Shown here: positions 37,726 to 46,750 of the stretch, piece after piece | Layout of the letters: the number at the start of each line of letters is the position of its first letter | Position numbering within the stretch: position 1 is the stretch's first letter | Origin: Candidatus Latescibacterota bacterium | GTDB lineage: Bacteria; Latescibacterota; UBA2968; UBA8231 | Direction: 5' to 3' | DNA: 64,000 bases | Assembly: GCA_964291625.2 (NCBI GenBank) | Contig: OZ220089.1 | Location: 2,240,001 to 2,304,000, forward strand | The notes under the pieces: model-generated | Database searches by the model: none | What the model was told of the DNA's origin: nothing | Seen by the model: the letters and a program-made list of their open reading frames with translations, nothing else | Translations under genes and position numbers: made by a program

Positions 37726-38508
37726 TCAGCTCTCCCGCCGACGCCGCGCCGCCTCTCGTTCGCTCTCCCGCCAGGCCCGGTACGCGGGCGTGTCCACGTG
37801 ATCGTGCAGGGTCGCCCGCGCGCGGTAGGGCACGTAGCTGCCGATGTGCCACAGGGTGTTGCGGTAGAGGCAGAAGTCCCCGGCCCCGAGGTGCAGCTGC
37901 CGGGCGCCGGGCAGGGAGAGGCAGTATTCCAGGCAGGCGCGCTCCCGCTCCTCGGAGGTGAGCCCGTCCAGCTCCGGCCGAGGCACCGGCCGGTCGGGGA
38001 AGCGCGCCACCTCGCCGGGCAGGTCGGACCGCAGGTGGGACCCGGGCACGACCCACGTGGAGGAGTCCTCGTAGAGGGCGCAGTTCAACTGGTTGAAGAG
38101 CGCCGGGTCGCGGTAGTCGGCCTCCCAGCGCTCGCGGTCGAGGTCGAGGACGTTGTCGCGCCAGTCCCGGTGCCAGTGGGTGCACCAGGGCTCGTCCGCC
38201 GGCTCCAGCAGCACCCCCAGGCCGTCGCGCAGGCCGTAGGTGTGCTCCGGCGACAGGGTCCGGTGCACGGCGTCCACCAGCTCCGGCAACTCCGCGAAGT
38301 CGGTAAAGGGCCGGTGATCGAGGTCGTGCTCGAAGACCGGCTGCAGGCGCTGGGCCTGCGGACCCGAGCGCTCGCGGGCCAGCTCCCGGGCCCGCCGGCA
38401 GACGCGGCGCAGGTCGGTCAGCAGCGGCGGCGGCACGATCCCGGCGAAGACCGTGTATCCCCGCATGCCGTGCTCCTCGATGTGGCGCTCGCTCCAGGTC
38501 CAGGCCAC
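37726..38508 (-). CDS. PhyH-family dioxygenase
   Basis: RGYTVF, HWHRD, QLNCALY, VVPGSH and AGDFCLY...WH. Confidence 0.8.
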   Translation of the reverse strand: MAWTWSERHIEEHGMRGYTVFAGIVPPPLLTDLRRVCRRARELARERSGPQAQRLQPVFEHDLDHRPFTDFAELPELVDAVHRTLSPEHTYGLRDGLGVLLEPADEPWCTHWHRDWRDNVLDLDRERWEADYRDPALFNQLNCALYEDSSTWVVPGSHLRSDLPGEVARFPDRPVPRPELDGLTSEERERACLEYCLSLPGARQLHLGAGDFCLYRNTLWHIGSYVPYRARATLHDHVDTPAYRAWRESEREAARRRRES

Positions 38509-38509
38509 G

Positions 38510-39223
38510 TCAGCCCATCTTCAGTGAGATCCAGTTGGTCACCAGCTCGACCATGGGGGCGGCATCGTCGCTGAAGACGTGGTCGGCGCCTCTCCGCGCC
38601 ACCAGCTCCGCCCGCGGGGCCCGGCCGACGATGTCCTGCGAGTCCTGCAGGGGCACCACGTCGTCCTCGGTCCCGTGATAGAGCAGCCACGGCACGGAGA
38701 TGTCGGCACCCTTGTCGGCGACCGAGCCGATGGCCGCCATGTCCCGCATGTAGGCGCCGGAGAGGGGGCAGTCGGGCTCGTCCCACATGCAGCCCTCGTC
38801 GGGGGTGACGTCGCCGAACTCGCGCTCGGCGAAGGCCCGGGTGTGGACCATGCCGGCCAGGGAGACGAGCCAGCCGATGCGGCGGTCGAAGCTGGCCCGC
38901 AGCACCCCCACGGCGGCGCCCATGCTGTGGCCCACGTAGCACAGGGGCCGCTCGCCGACGGCGGCCAGGACGCTGCCCAGGTCGTCGACCTCCTTGGAGA
39001 TGGTGCACTCGGCGAAGCGGCCCTCGGAGTCGCCGTTGCCGGCGAAGGAGAAGCGCAGGGCGTGGAGGCCGGCCGCCGACAGCCCCTCGGCCAAGGCCGC
39101 CACGAAAGGCCGGTCCTTGTTGCCGGTGACGCCGTGGCCGATGACGACGAGGCCCTCGCCGCGGCCCTCGTGCAAGGTGTAGTCGAGCCTCTCGCCCCGG
39201 GAGTTGCGGATCTCGCCGAACAT
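38510..39223 (-). CDS. Alpha/beta hydrolase
   Basis: HGVTG, GNGDSEG, nucleophile GHSMG, HGTEDDVV and ADHVF. Start MFGEIRN at 39223. Confidence 0.9.
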   Translation of the reverse strand: MFGEIRNSRGERLDYTLHEGRGEGLVVIGHGVTGNKDRPFVAALAEGLSAAGLHALRFSFAGNGDSEGRFAECTISKEVDDLGSVLAAVGERPLCYVGHSMGAAVGVLRASFDRRIGWLVSLAGMVHTRAFAEREFGDVTPDEGCMWDEPDCPLSGAYMRDMAAIGSVADKGADISVPWLLYHGTEDDVVPLQDSQDIVGRAPRAELVARRGADHVFSDDAAPMVELVTNWISLKMG

Positions 39224-39234
39224 GGGGTTCCCCT

Positions 39235-40311
39235 TCAGCCGCTGCGCACGACGATGTCGCGGTCGGCGCCGGCCAGCGGCATCTCGACCCAGGCGCCGCC
39301 GGCGCGGTGGGAGGCGTGGAAGGCGACGATCGCCTCCAGCGTGCGCACCGCCTCGGAGGCGTCGTAGCCGAACGGTCCCGCCCCGTCGAGCCAGTCGACG
39401 ATCTCGGCCACGGCCCGGTCCATGCCGCTGTCGGGGGAGTCGTCGGGAATCAGCTCGCGGTCGTCGCCGCGCACGATCTCGATGTCGCGCTTGCGGCAGG
39501 TGGCGTAGCCCTCGGTGCCGTGGTAGCGGTGGCGGGCCGGCGCGGTGCCGTAGTCGGCGCCGTCGACCATGCAGATCAGGTCCCCGCTGGGCCCCTCGCC
39601 GTCCCCGGCAAGGTCGCGGCCGAGGCGCAGCATGCCCCAGCCTCCGGGATCGGCGAAGTCGGGGCCGCGGCAGTCGGGCTTCCCGGACAGGTCGAGGGTG
39701 CCCGCGACGGCGGTCACCGGCAGGCCGGTGACCATCTGCACGGCGTCGAACTGGTGGGTGCCCACGTTGCCGAGGCGTCCGGACGTCCACTGCACCGACG
39801 CCGAGGTCAGGGTGCCGAGGGCGCCCTCGGCGATGCGGTCCCTCAGCTGCCGGTAGCCGGGGTGGAAGCGCAGGTTGTGGTTGATCACCAGCAGGGTGCC
39901 GGACCTGGCGCAGGCGGCCAGCATCTCCTCGGCCTCGGCCAGGGTCGCCGCGATCGGCTTCTCGCAGTAGATGGCGCGCACGCCCGCTTCCGCCGCCGCC
40001 GCCGTGATCTCGGCGTGGGTGGGGGTGTAGGTGGCCACCGAGAGGATGTCCAGGGGCGCCGTCTCGCGCAGCATCTGGCCCCAGTCGGCGAAGACGGGCG
40101 CCCCGTAGGCAGCGTGGAAGCGCTCGCGGCGGCCCTCGTCGCGGCTGCTGCCGGCGACCACATCGACCCGGGGATGGCCGCGCAGGGCTGCCACGTGGGT
40201 GCCGTCGAGGTCGACCACGCGCTGGCCGACGCCGTCGCCCGACACCTGGTCCGCGCCCCCGATGAAGCCCAGCCCCACGATCGCCGAGCGGTACCTCGTC
40301 TCTTCGGACAT
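39235..40311 (-). CDS. Gfo/Idh/MocA-family oxidoreductase
   Basis: IVGLGFIG, YCEKPIA and GTHQFD. Confidence 0.9.
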   Translation of the reverse strand: MSEETRYRSAIVGLGFIGGADQVSGDGVGQRVVDLDGTHVAALRGHPRVDVVAGSSRDEGRRERFHAAYGAPVFADWGQMLRETAPLDILSVATYTPTHAEITAAAAEAGVRAIYCEKPIAATLAEAEEMLAACARSGTLLVINHNLRFHPGYRQLRDRIAEGALGTLTSASVQWTSGRLGNVGTHQFDAVQMVTGLPVTAVAGTLDLSGKPDCRGPDFADPGGWGMLRLGRDLAGDGEGPSGDLICMVDGADYGTAPARHRYHGTEGYATCRKRDIEIVRGDDRELIPDDSPDSGMDRAVAEIVDWLDGAGPFGYDASEAVRTLEAIVAFHASHRAGGAWVEMPLAGADRDIVVRSG

Positions 40312-40333
40312 CTCTCCTCCTTCTCTCTCGGAT

Positions 40334-41497
40334 TCAGGTTCCCATCCCGCCGCCGAGGCCGAGGACGCGGGCGCAGGCGCCGCCCATGATCGCCGCCAGG
40401 TCTTCGGCGGAGAGGAACTCGCAGTACTCCTCGATCCAGCGGCGCGACTGGCGGTAGGTGCAGAACCGGTTCTGGAAGGGCATGTCCGTGCCCCACAACA
40501 GCCGCCCCGCGCCGATGCGCTCCACCATCTGTTCCAGGGTCGGCCACAGCTCCCGGTACGGGTAGTCGAAGAGGTCGCCCAGGCGCACCGGGAAGCAGAC
40601 CTCCAGGCTCAGGCTGGGGTTGTCGAAGGGGGCCCAGACCCCCTCGGGCAGCACGACCCGCGTCGGCGAGCCGGAGGGCTCGTCGTCGAGGAACAGGCGC
40701 CACGGGAAGCCGTGGGTGAGGCTGCACGGGACCTCCGGCCAGCGCTCCATCCAGCGCGCCAGGATCCCCAGCTCGGCCAGGTAGCCGCGGCGCCGGCTCT
40801 CGAGGCCCTGGGTCACCGAGGCCTCGCCGGGGCCGGTGCCGAGGGTGAAGAACACGGGCACCCCGAGGCCGGCCACCGCCTCCCAGAACGGGCGCAGGTG
40901 CTCGCCGTCCCACGGGTCGGAGCGGTAGTAGTAGGCGTGGGGCGGGTTGAACTTGATGGCGTGCAGCCCGTGCTCTTCCACGGCGGCCACGGTCTCGGCG
41001 ATCACGGCGTCCAGCTCCCCCGCCAGGCGCCACTCGTCGACGGGGGCCATCGAACAGATCCGCTCCGGGTCCACGGCCACCGACTCCGCCTGGAAGGCCG
41101 CGCCGCGGCCGAGCATGGCGTCCACGTGGAGCAGGGCCTTGTCGACGCCGGCGTAGTCCATCTCGGCGATCAGGTTGTGCGGGGTGTATTGCAGATGCGC
41201 CAGGTTGGGCGGGTAGAACTGCTTGGTGTAGTCGTCGCCGTCGATGGTCCACACGACCCGCCCCTTGTCGTGATCGACGCGGAAATCGACGTCGGGCAGG
41301 TGGTCGAAGTCCATCGCCCCGCCGGGGGCGGCCAGCACCTCGGACGAGGCGGGGGCGCGGTCGCGGATGCGCCAGGCCGGCTGGTGGTGGGAGGCCTGCC
41401 CGCCCTGGACCCACTTGAGGTGGTCGGCGGCGGTGGCGTGGCCGGCGGGGGCGTCGCCGGGGGGAAAGCAGTAGGCGTGGGAATCGATGACGGTCAC
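40334..41497 (-). CDS. Amidohydrolase-2 family protein
   Basis: GTG start VIDSHAY, MDYAGVDKA, LLWGTDMP and IMGG. Confidence 0.8.
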   Translation of the reverse strand: MTVIDSHAYCFPPGDAPAGHATAADHLKWVQGGQASHHQPAWRIRDRAPASSEVLAAPGGAMDFDHLPDVDFRVDHDKGRVVWTIDGDDYTKQFYPPNLAHLQYTPHNLIAEMDYAGVDKALLHVDAMLGRGAAFQAESVAVDPERICSMAPVDEWRLAGELDAVIAETVAAVEEHGLHAIKFNPPHAYYYRSDPWDGEHLRPFWEAVAGLGVPVFFTLGTGPGEASVTQGLESRRRGYLAELGILARWMERWPEVPCSLTHGFPWRLFLDDEPSGSPTRVVLPEGVWAPFDNPSLSLEVCFPVRLGDLFDYPYRELWPTLEQMVERIGAGRLLWGTDMPFQNRFCTYRQSRRWIEEYCEFLSAEDLAAIMGGACARVLGLGGGMGT

Positions 41498-42402
41498 GAC
41501 AGCTCCCGCGAGAACTCGTAGGTCCAGTCCACCACGTGGAAGCCGTGGTTGGTGTAGAACAAGAAGGCGCGGTCGTTGCTCAGGGCGGTGCTGATGGCGC
41601 CGTGGCGGTAGCCGCGCTCTCGCGCCAGGAACATGGCCTGGGCCAGCAGGAACCGCCCGAGGCCCCCGCCCTGGTGCTCCTCTCTCACGCCGAGCCAGTC
41701 GCAGAAGGCGAAGTCGTGGGCCTCGTCGGCGGACGGGGAGGAGTCGGCCCCGCTCACCAGGACGCACGTGCCCATGATCTCGTCACCCTGGAGAGCCCGA
41801 AGCCTCAGCCCGGGCAGGCGGCCCTTCCCCGGGTGCTCCTCCACGCCCAGGTCGAAGTCCAGGCCCTCGGGTTGGACCCCCGGCTCCGGCTGCATCTCCG
41901 GCCAGTCGAGGAAGACCTCGCCCCCCGACCGCGCATAGCCCCGGAAGCGCACCAGGGCCTGCACGTGATCCAGGTGGTCGGACAGGTAGGCGTGGGAGAA
42001 GCCGTAGAACGGGTAACGCCAGATCTGGGGCATGACGGTGCTGTGCCCCAGGCCTCGCTCCCGCATCCAGGACTCGGCGGCCTCCAGCAGGGCATCGCCC
42101 ACGGGGCGCTGGCCGCGGCGGTAGGCGAGAAAGCGGATCACGCCCCGCTCCTGCTCCTGGTGCTCGTCCGCCGCCTGCCGGCCCACGTGGACGAAACCGT
42201 CGCCGCCGCTGCCGGCCACGAGGACGGCCTGCTCCACGAGCCGCCTGCCGTCGTGCTCGACCTCCGCTTCACCCAGAATCCCGCCCAAGGCGGGGGCCGC
42301 CACCGGCCAGCAGTGGGGAACGCGGCCCACGAGCAGGTCGTTGTAGAGGTCGAGGACGCCCTTCAGGTCGTCCGGGCGATAGGGTCGTACCGGAATCGTC
42401 AT
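41494..42402 (-). CDS. Tandem GNAT acetyltransferase
   Basis: Two GNAT halves. The C-terminal half has VREEHQGGGLGRFLL and NDRAFLFYTNHGF. Confidence 0.85.
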   Translation of the reverse strand: MTIPVRPYRPDDLKGVLDLYNDLLVGRVPHCWPVAAPALGGILGEAEVEHDGRRLVEQAVLVAGSGGDGFVHVGRQAADEHQEQERGVIRFLAYRRGQRPVGDALLEAAESWMRERGLGHSTVMPQIWRYPFYGFSHAYLSDHLDHVQALVRFRGYARSGGEVFLDWPEMQPEPGVQPEGLDFDLGVEEHPGKGRLPGLRLRALQGDEIMGTCVLVSGADSSPSADEAHDFAFCDWLGVREEHQGGGLGRFLLAQAMFLARERGYRHGAISTALSNDRAFLFYTNHGFHVVDWTYEFSRELS

Positions 42403-42860
42403 GGCCGTTGAGAAAGAAGACAAAGCAAGGCGTCACGCTCAACTGACAAGAGCTGCCTTCCGGGCATGGGTTCCCGGTGCAAATAATGCATCCTGGCTGC
42501 CCGTGCACGCCTGCACACACCACGTGTGCGGTAGTGAACATCTCGGCCGGGCCCGGTGGCTCCTCACCAGCCCGCCCGGCGGCCGACCCGGGCGCCTTGG
42601 AAATCTGAGACTCGTATCAGGAATTCCCTGCGGCGCAGCTCCCGCCGCCGATCATCATCGAAGAGCGGGAGAGTCCCATGGGCCTTGTCTCTATGTGATT
42701 GATTATGAAGAAGTTGAATCCGATCGGCGGCGGACCGGTCAGGGGCCCGGGGGGTGCCCAGGGGGCAGCGGACACCTCAGGAGGGGCCCCGAGAAGGAGA
42801 CCGGGCCCCCCGCCGGCCGCCCACCGGACCGGATCGACGGGACCAGGGGCCCAATACCGC

Positions 42861-42877
42861 TTGGCACGGAATTTGTA
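42861..42877 (+). promoter_or_regulatory. Sigma-54 (RpoN) -24/-12 promoter
   Basis: TTGGCACGGAATTTGTA matches the consensus YTGGCACG-N4-TTGCW with one change (C to T at -12). It lies 49 nt upstream of ATG 42927. Confidence 0.6.
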
Positions 42878-42926
42878 TGTGCTTTCCGCGAGACGACGAA
42901 GTGGGACGGCAGCAAGGGAGGAAGCG

Positions 42927-43163
42927 ATGTCGAACTATCGCTACATGGGCGCCAACGGCAGCGACGACGAGATCACCGTCATCGAGGACAAGAGCATGTT
43001 CGTCAAGGACGGAGACGGCAACTGGTCGCCGGGCTTCCAGTTCATCGACAGCCGAACGGTGAAGGCCCATCCCTTCATCATTGAGGTCCTGATCCAGGAC
43101 TCCGAGCGGCTGTGGTCCATGGACGAGGTCCTCGCCGAGTTGGAGAGCGAACCCGTCAACTAG
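42927..43163 (+). CDS. Small acidic hypothetical protein (78 aa)
   Basis: MSNYRYMGANG...ELESEPVN, with a GGGAGG RBS, strong GC3 bias and a preceding sigma-54-like promoter. Confidence 0.75.
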   Translation: MSNYRYMGANGSDDEITVIEDKSMFVKDGDGNWSPGFQFIDSRTVKAHPFIIEVLIQDSERLWSMDEVLAELESEPVN

Positions 43164-43197
43164 AGTCCGGGGGCGCCCCGGACCACCCTGCCGCGCC

Positions 43198-44241
43198 TCA
43201 CCCCCGCTCCACCATCGGCAGCATCTTCTTCCAGGCCGGGTCCGCGTAGAACCGGTGCCCCTCGCCGCCCACCACGAGGTGGCAGCGGTCCTCGGCCCCG
43301 GCGGCCCGGTAGATCTCCTTCAGACGGCGGAAGGCCTTGCGCACCCCCTTGATGGGGAAGATGGCGTCCTCCCGCCCGGCCACGCAGACCACCGGCCGCG
43401 GCGCGAAGAGGCCCATCACGTCGGCCATCTCGGCGTCCTGCAGCAATCCCGGCACGTAGTTGTCGGCGCAGTGGTAGATCGACATGATCGAGTCGCGGAA
43501 GGTGCAGAAGTAGCAGGAAGGCATGGCGAAGCGCAGGCGCGGCAGGGTGGCGGCCGCGAAGAGGCTGATCGTGCCCCCCCCGGAGTTGCCCATGACGCCG
43601 ACGCGCTTCCAGTCGACGTCGGACCGCGTCTTCAGGTAGTCCAGCCCCCGGTCGACGTCGAAGACGCGCTCGCCGATCAGGGTCCTCCCGAGCATCAGGG
43701 CGTGCATGGCCGCGTCGTGACAGCCGTGCTGGGAAACCCTCTCCTGGTGCTGCTCCCGGCGCTCGCCGAAGGAGCGCTGCTCGATGCACAGGGCCGCGAT
43801 GCCACGGCGCATGCAGCCGAGGCCGAAGTCGCGGTCTCCGTCGACCTCCATCTCCCGGGTCTCGTCCTCCCTCTCGACCGCGATCGAGCAGTGGGCCCCC
43901 GTCGTGTGCCCCTGCACGCAGACGAACCACGGCAGCGGCCCTTCCACGCCCTCCGGCAGGCAGACGTAGGCCATCACGTCGGCCCGCGGCTCGGCGCGGA
44001 AGAGGATCTTCTCGATCGTTCCCAGCTCGTGCCGGCGCTTCCACAAGGAGCGCACCCGCAGGGGCTCACGCTCCCCCGGCGGCAGTCCGATGCGTTCGCG
44101 CACCCGGCGCCGCAGCCGGCGCTGCCAGGCCGTCACGTCGCCGCCGTCGAAGGCCAGGGCCGGCTCGGTGCGGTCCATCAGCCAGCGGTGGTGGAGAGAG
44201 GGCGAGAGCTGGGGGTCGGAAGAGCGGGTGCTCCTTGCCAT
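43198..44241 (-). CDS. Alpha/beta hydrolase (dienelactone hydrolase / acetylxylan esterase-like, Abhydrolase_7 type)
   Basis: GRTLIGERVFD, GVMGNSGGG, LFAPRP, EDAIFP and GHRF. Confidence 0.85.
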   Translation of the reverse strand: MARSTRSSDPQLSPSLHHRWLMDRTEPALAFDGGDVTAWQRRLRRRVRERIGLPPGEREPLRVRSLWKRRHELGTIEKILFRAEPRADVMAYVCLPEGVEGPLPWFVCVQGHTTGAHCSIAVEREDETREMEVDGDRDFGLGCMRRGIAALCIEQRSFGERREQHQERVSQHGCHDAAMHALMLGRTLIGERVFDVDRGLDYLKTRSDVDWKRVGVMGNSGGGTISLFAAATLPRLRFAMPSCYFCTFRDSIMSIYHCADNYVPGLLQDAEMADVMGLFAPRPVVCVAGREDAIFPIKGVRKAFRRLKEIYRAAGAEDRCHLVVGGEGHRFYADPAWKKMLPMVERG

Positions 44242-44561
44242 GGGGGATCTCCGGGTGTGGAACGCAGAAGCGGTTGGTGGCGACAGGGGCGAGCCCAGCT
44301 GCCTGGGCCTGCGGAAGGCCGCTGCCCGAGGGACACGGGGCCGTCCGCCTCAAGGTCCTGACGGCAACACCCACGAGTTGATAACTGGCCGATTGGCTTT
44401 CGACCGCGGGGTCATTATCCTTTGCGGATGATGCCCGACTGCCCCAGGGTTGCGGCCAGACTCGACCGCCTCGTATGGCCCTCCAACGGGCACCCCGCGC
44501 GCCGCTAGCCCGGGCCTATCATCGGAAGGGTCACACGCTGACACAACGGCGCCGACTTGAG

Positions 44562-44867
44562 ATGCAACTCAAGGCCTTTAACCTGGCGATGGAATCGACC
44601 GAGTGGCGACGGATGACGGACGCAATCCAAGCTGCCAAGGACCGCGGTTTATTTCCGCATGGGCGCCGTCTCTGGTTTCAACCCGGGGGACCAGAACAGA
44701 GGGCAGATTGGAAAGTGACCAGGGAGCTAAAGGTCTCAATCTCCCAGTTCCAAGTAGAATACGACCGGATCCTCAAACTTCTCAGCCGCGGGACTCGGCC
44801 GCGGGGACCGGCTTGGGGTCCGACGAATGATCCGCTCGAGGACTTCGCCAGCGACGCTGGCGACTGA
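44562..44867 (+). other. Lower-GC segment with a doubtful ORF, possibly a foreign gene remnant
   Basis: 44350-44900 has visibly more A/T and atypical codons (TTA, CTA, CAA, GTA). No recognisable motif or clear RBS. Confidence 0.3.
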
Positions 44868-44913
44868 TTCCTCACTCTAGAACTGGGTATTGAGCACCCC
44901 CAGCGCCCGGTCC

Positions 44914-46578
44914 CTACTTCCAGGGGGCCGGGCGCTTCTCGTTCACCATGAGAGCGCCGCCCCCGCCGCAGGCCGCGGCCACCTCGTCCGCCGACAGGGC
45001 CCGGCCGTGGACGCGCACATCGGCCAGCCATCCCCGCAGGCCGGCATGGCACCCGGCGCCGACGCGCAGCGGCACCCCGGCGTCCACGTCGTAGTCCTCC
45101 GGGGCGAAGGCCGCCGAGCGGCCGGTGGGCCTCCCGTCGACGAACAACTCCAGCCGCCCCGAGCGGCGCACGGCGGCCAGGTGGTGCCAGCCGGGGCTCA
45201 GGACGTCGTCGAAGGTGGCCATGGCGCCGGCGCGCAGGCTCCACACCCGCCCCGAGGGCAGGGTGCCCGCAAAGAGCTGGCCGTCGAACACGGACATGGA
45301 CCACACCCGCCGCAGGACCACTCCGGGAGTGGCGTCCAGGGTGCCCACGTAGGAGAAGGCATCCCCCCCTCCGTCGGCGGGGTCGTGGCGGTAGACGATG
45401 CCCATGGGCAGGCCGCCGACGTAGAGCTTCTGGTTGCAGACGGCCATGGCCATGATCTCGCGCTCGTAGCCGGGACGCGTCAGCTCCGTCCAGACGCCGT
45501 CCTCGCCGCGGCGGTGCACGGTGCCGCACGGCCAGGTGCCCACGTGCAGGCGATCGCCGTAGACCGCGGCCGAGTAGGTCTGGGTCGAGCCCTCCGGATG
45601 GCCCCAGTCCTCCCAGCTCTCGCCGCCGGCGTAGCGCAGCACCGGCCCGCCGTTGACCAGGGCCAGCAGATGCCCCTCGAAGACGGCGAAGGAGATCAGC
45701 CGCTCGTCGGGCCCCACGTAGCGCCAGTCCTTGCCGCCCTCGTACACGAAGGCGCCGCGCCGGTGGAAGCTGGTGCAGTAGAGGCGTCCCTGGAACTCGG
45801 TGAGCGCCGAGGCCTGGTCGGCCTTGCCCGTGGCGTAGCCCGCGACTTCCACCTCCTCGGGCGTGGCGTCCTCGCCGCCCGGCCGTCCGCAGTCGACCCA
45901 GGCGCCGTCGCCGTCGACGCGCCACACCGTGCCCCCCGGCCGGTTGTTGCGCACCGGCCCCAGGGCGGAACCCTGGGGCATGTAGCGCCCTGTACCGCAG
46001 TAGAGGCCGCCGTCGAAGCGGGCGACGGCGTCGACGACGCTGGACCCGTCCGGCGCCCCTCCGAGGTCGTGCCACAGGTCGCCCCCGCCGAAGCGCCACA
46101 GGTGGCCGCGCTCGTCGGCTTCCATCTCGAAGGTGCCGGCGAACAGGTCGCCTCCCGAGGTGTGCAGGGCCGCCACGTGCACGGCGGCCCCGGGGCGGCC
46201 CCGGTCGACCCACGGCGTGGGCTGCAGGAGCGGATCGGCGCACGGATCGGCGGCGTTGGGCAGCCGCCCCGCGTCGATGCCGAACTGCAGGCCCCGCAGG
46301 TTCGCCTGGCTCGTGGAGGTGACGCCGCTGTGGCTGACGCAGGAGAGGGCGAAGCCGCGGCGCGACACGGGGTCGAAGCGCGATACGAGGTCCCCCACGG
46401 TGCCGCCGTCGGCGGCGGGGTTCAGCCACAGATCGACGCTGAAGTCCCCGGTGCCGAGGGCCGGGGTGTCCGCCGACGCCAGGGTCATCCCCTCGCCGTC
46501 GAAGCGCCGGGCACGCGCCGGGCCCCCGGCCGGCGCCTCGGCGTCGTCGAGCGGCAGATGAAGAATGGGGTCACTCAT
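44914..46578 (-). CDS. LamG/ConA-like domain split around a beta-propeller; hypothetical protein
   Basis: N-terminal FDG...GDFSVDLWLNP and C-terminal GWHHLAAVR...LFVDG...GWLADVRVHGRALS flank repeated 'LyxGT' propeller blades. GGGAGG RBS before ATG 46578. Confidence 0.75.
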   Translation of the reverse strand: MSDPILHLPLDDAEAPAGGPARARRFDGEGMTLASADTPALGTGDFSVDLWLNPAADGGTVGDLVSRFDPVSRRGFALSCVSHSGVTSTSQANLRGLQFGIDAGRLPNAADPCADPLLQPTPWVDRGRPGAAVHVAALHTSGGDLFAGTFEMEADERGHLWRFGGGDLWHDLGGAPDGSSVVDAVARFDGGLYCGTGRYMPQGSALGPVRNNRPGGTVWRVDGDGAWVDCGRPGGEDATPEEVEVAGYATGKADQASALTEFQGRLYCTSFHRRGAFVYEGGKDWRYVGPDERLISFAVFEGHLLALVNGGPVLRYAGGESWEDWGHPEGSTQTYSAAVYGDRLHVGTWPCGTVHRRGEDGVWTELTRPGYEREIMAMAVCNQKLYVGGLPMGIVYRHDPADGGGDAFSYVGTLDATPGVVLRRVWSMSVFDGQLFAGTLPSGRVWSLRAGAMATFDDVLSPGWHHLAAVRRSGRLELFVDGRPTGRSAAFAPEDYDVDAGVPLRVGAGCHAGLRGWLADVRVHGRALSADEVAAACGGGGALMVNEKRPAPWK

Positions 46579-46620
46579 GGCGCCCCTCCCGGCCCGGGGG
46601 CCCCGGTCGCCGATCCCGCG

Positions 46621-46750
46621 CACCTGCGGCGGCGCACCTGCTCATGCTGCACCTCCTTCGGAGACGGCCGGCGGCGGCGTTACCTGCGGCGGTACGCCTG
46701 CTCGTGCCGCACCTCCCTCGGAGACGACCGCCGGCGGCTTCACCTGGGGC
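46621..46750. repeat. 60-bp tandem repeat (2 copies plus a partial third)
   Basis: 46621-46680 vs 46681-46740 differ at 10 of 60 positions, and the partial third copy begins CACCTG at 46741. It encodes PQVxPPxxVSEGGAA on the minus strand. Confidence 0.85.

Noticed and set aside
44420-44440. In-frame C-G-TGA-C (IILCG*CP) at the end of ORF 44090..44431, resembling a second selenocysteine motif
   Set aside because: The ORF is mostly antisense to a real hydrolase gene and has no credible start. The read-through sequence is not protein-like and shows no recognisable fold.
46642-46644. TGA of the PhyH gene read as selenocysteine
   Set aside because: It lies in a low-complexity linker, aligns with Arg (CGA) in the sister repeat rather than Cys, and has no redox motif.
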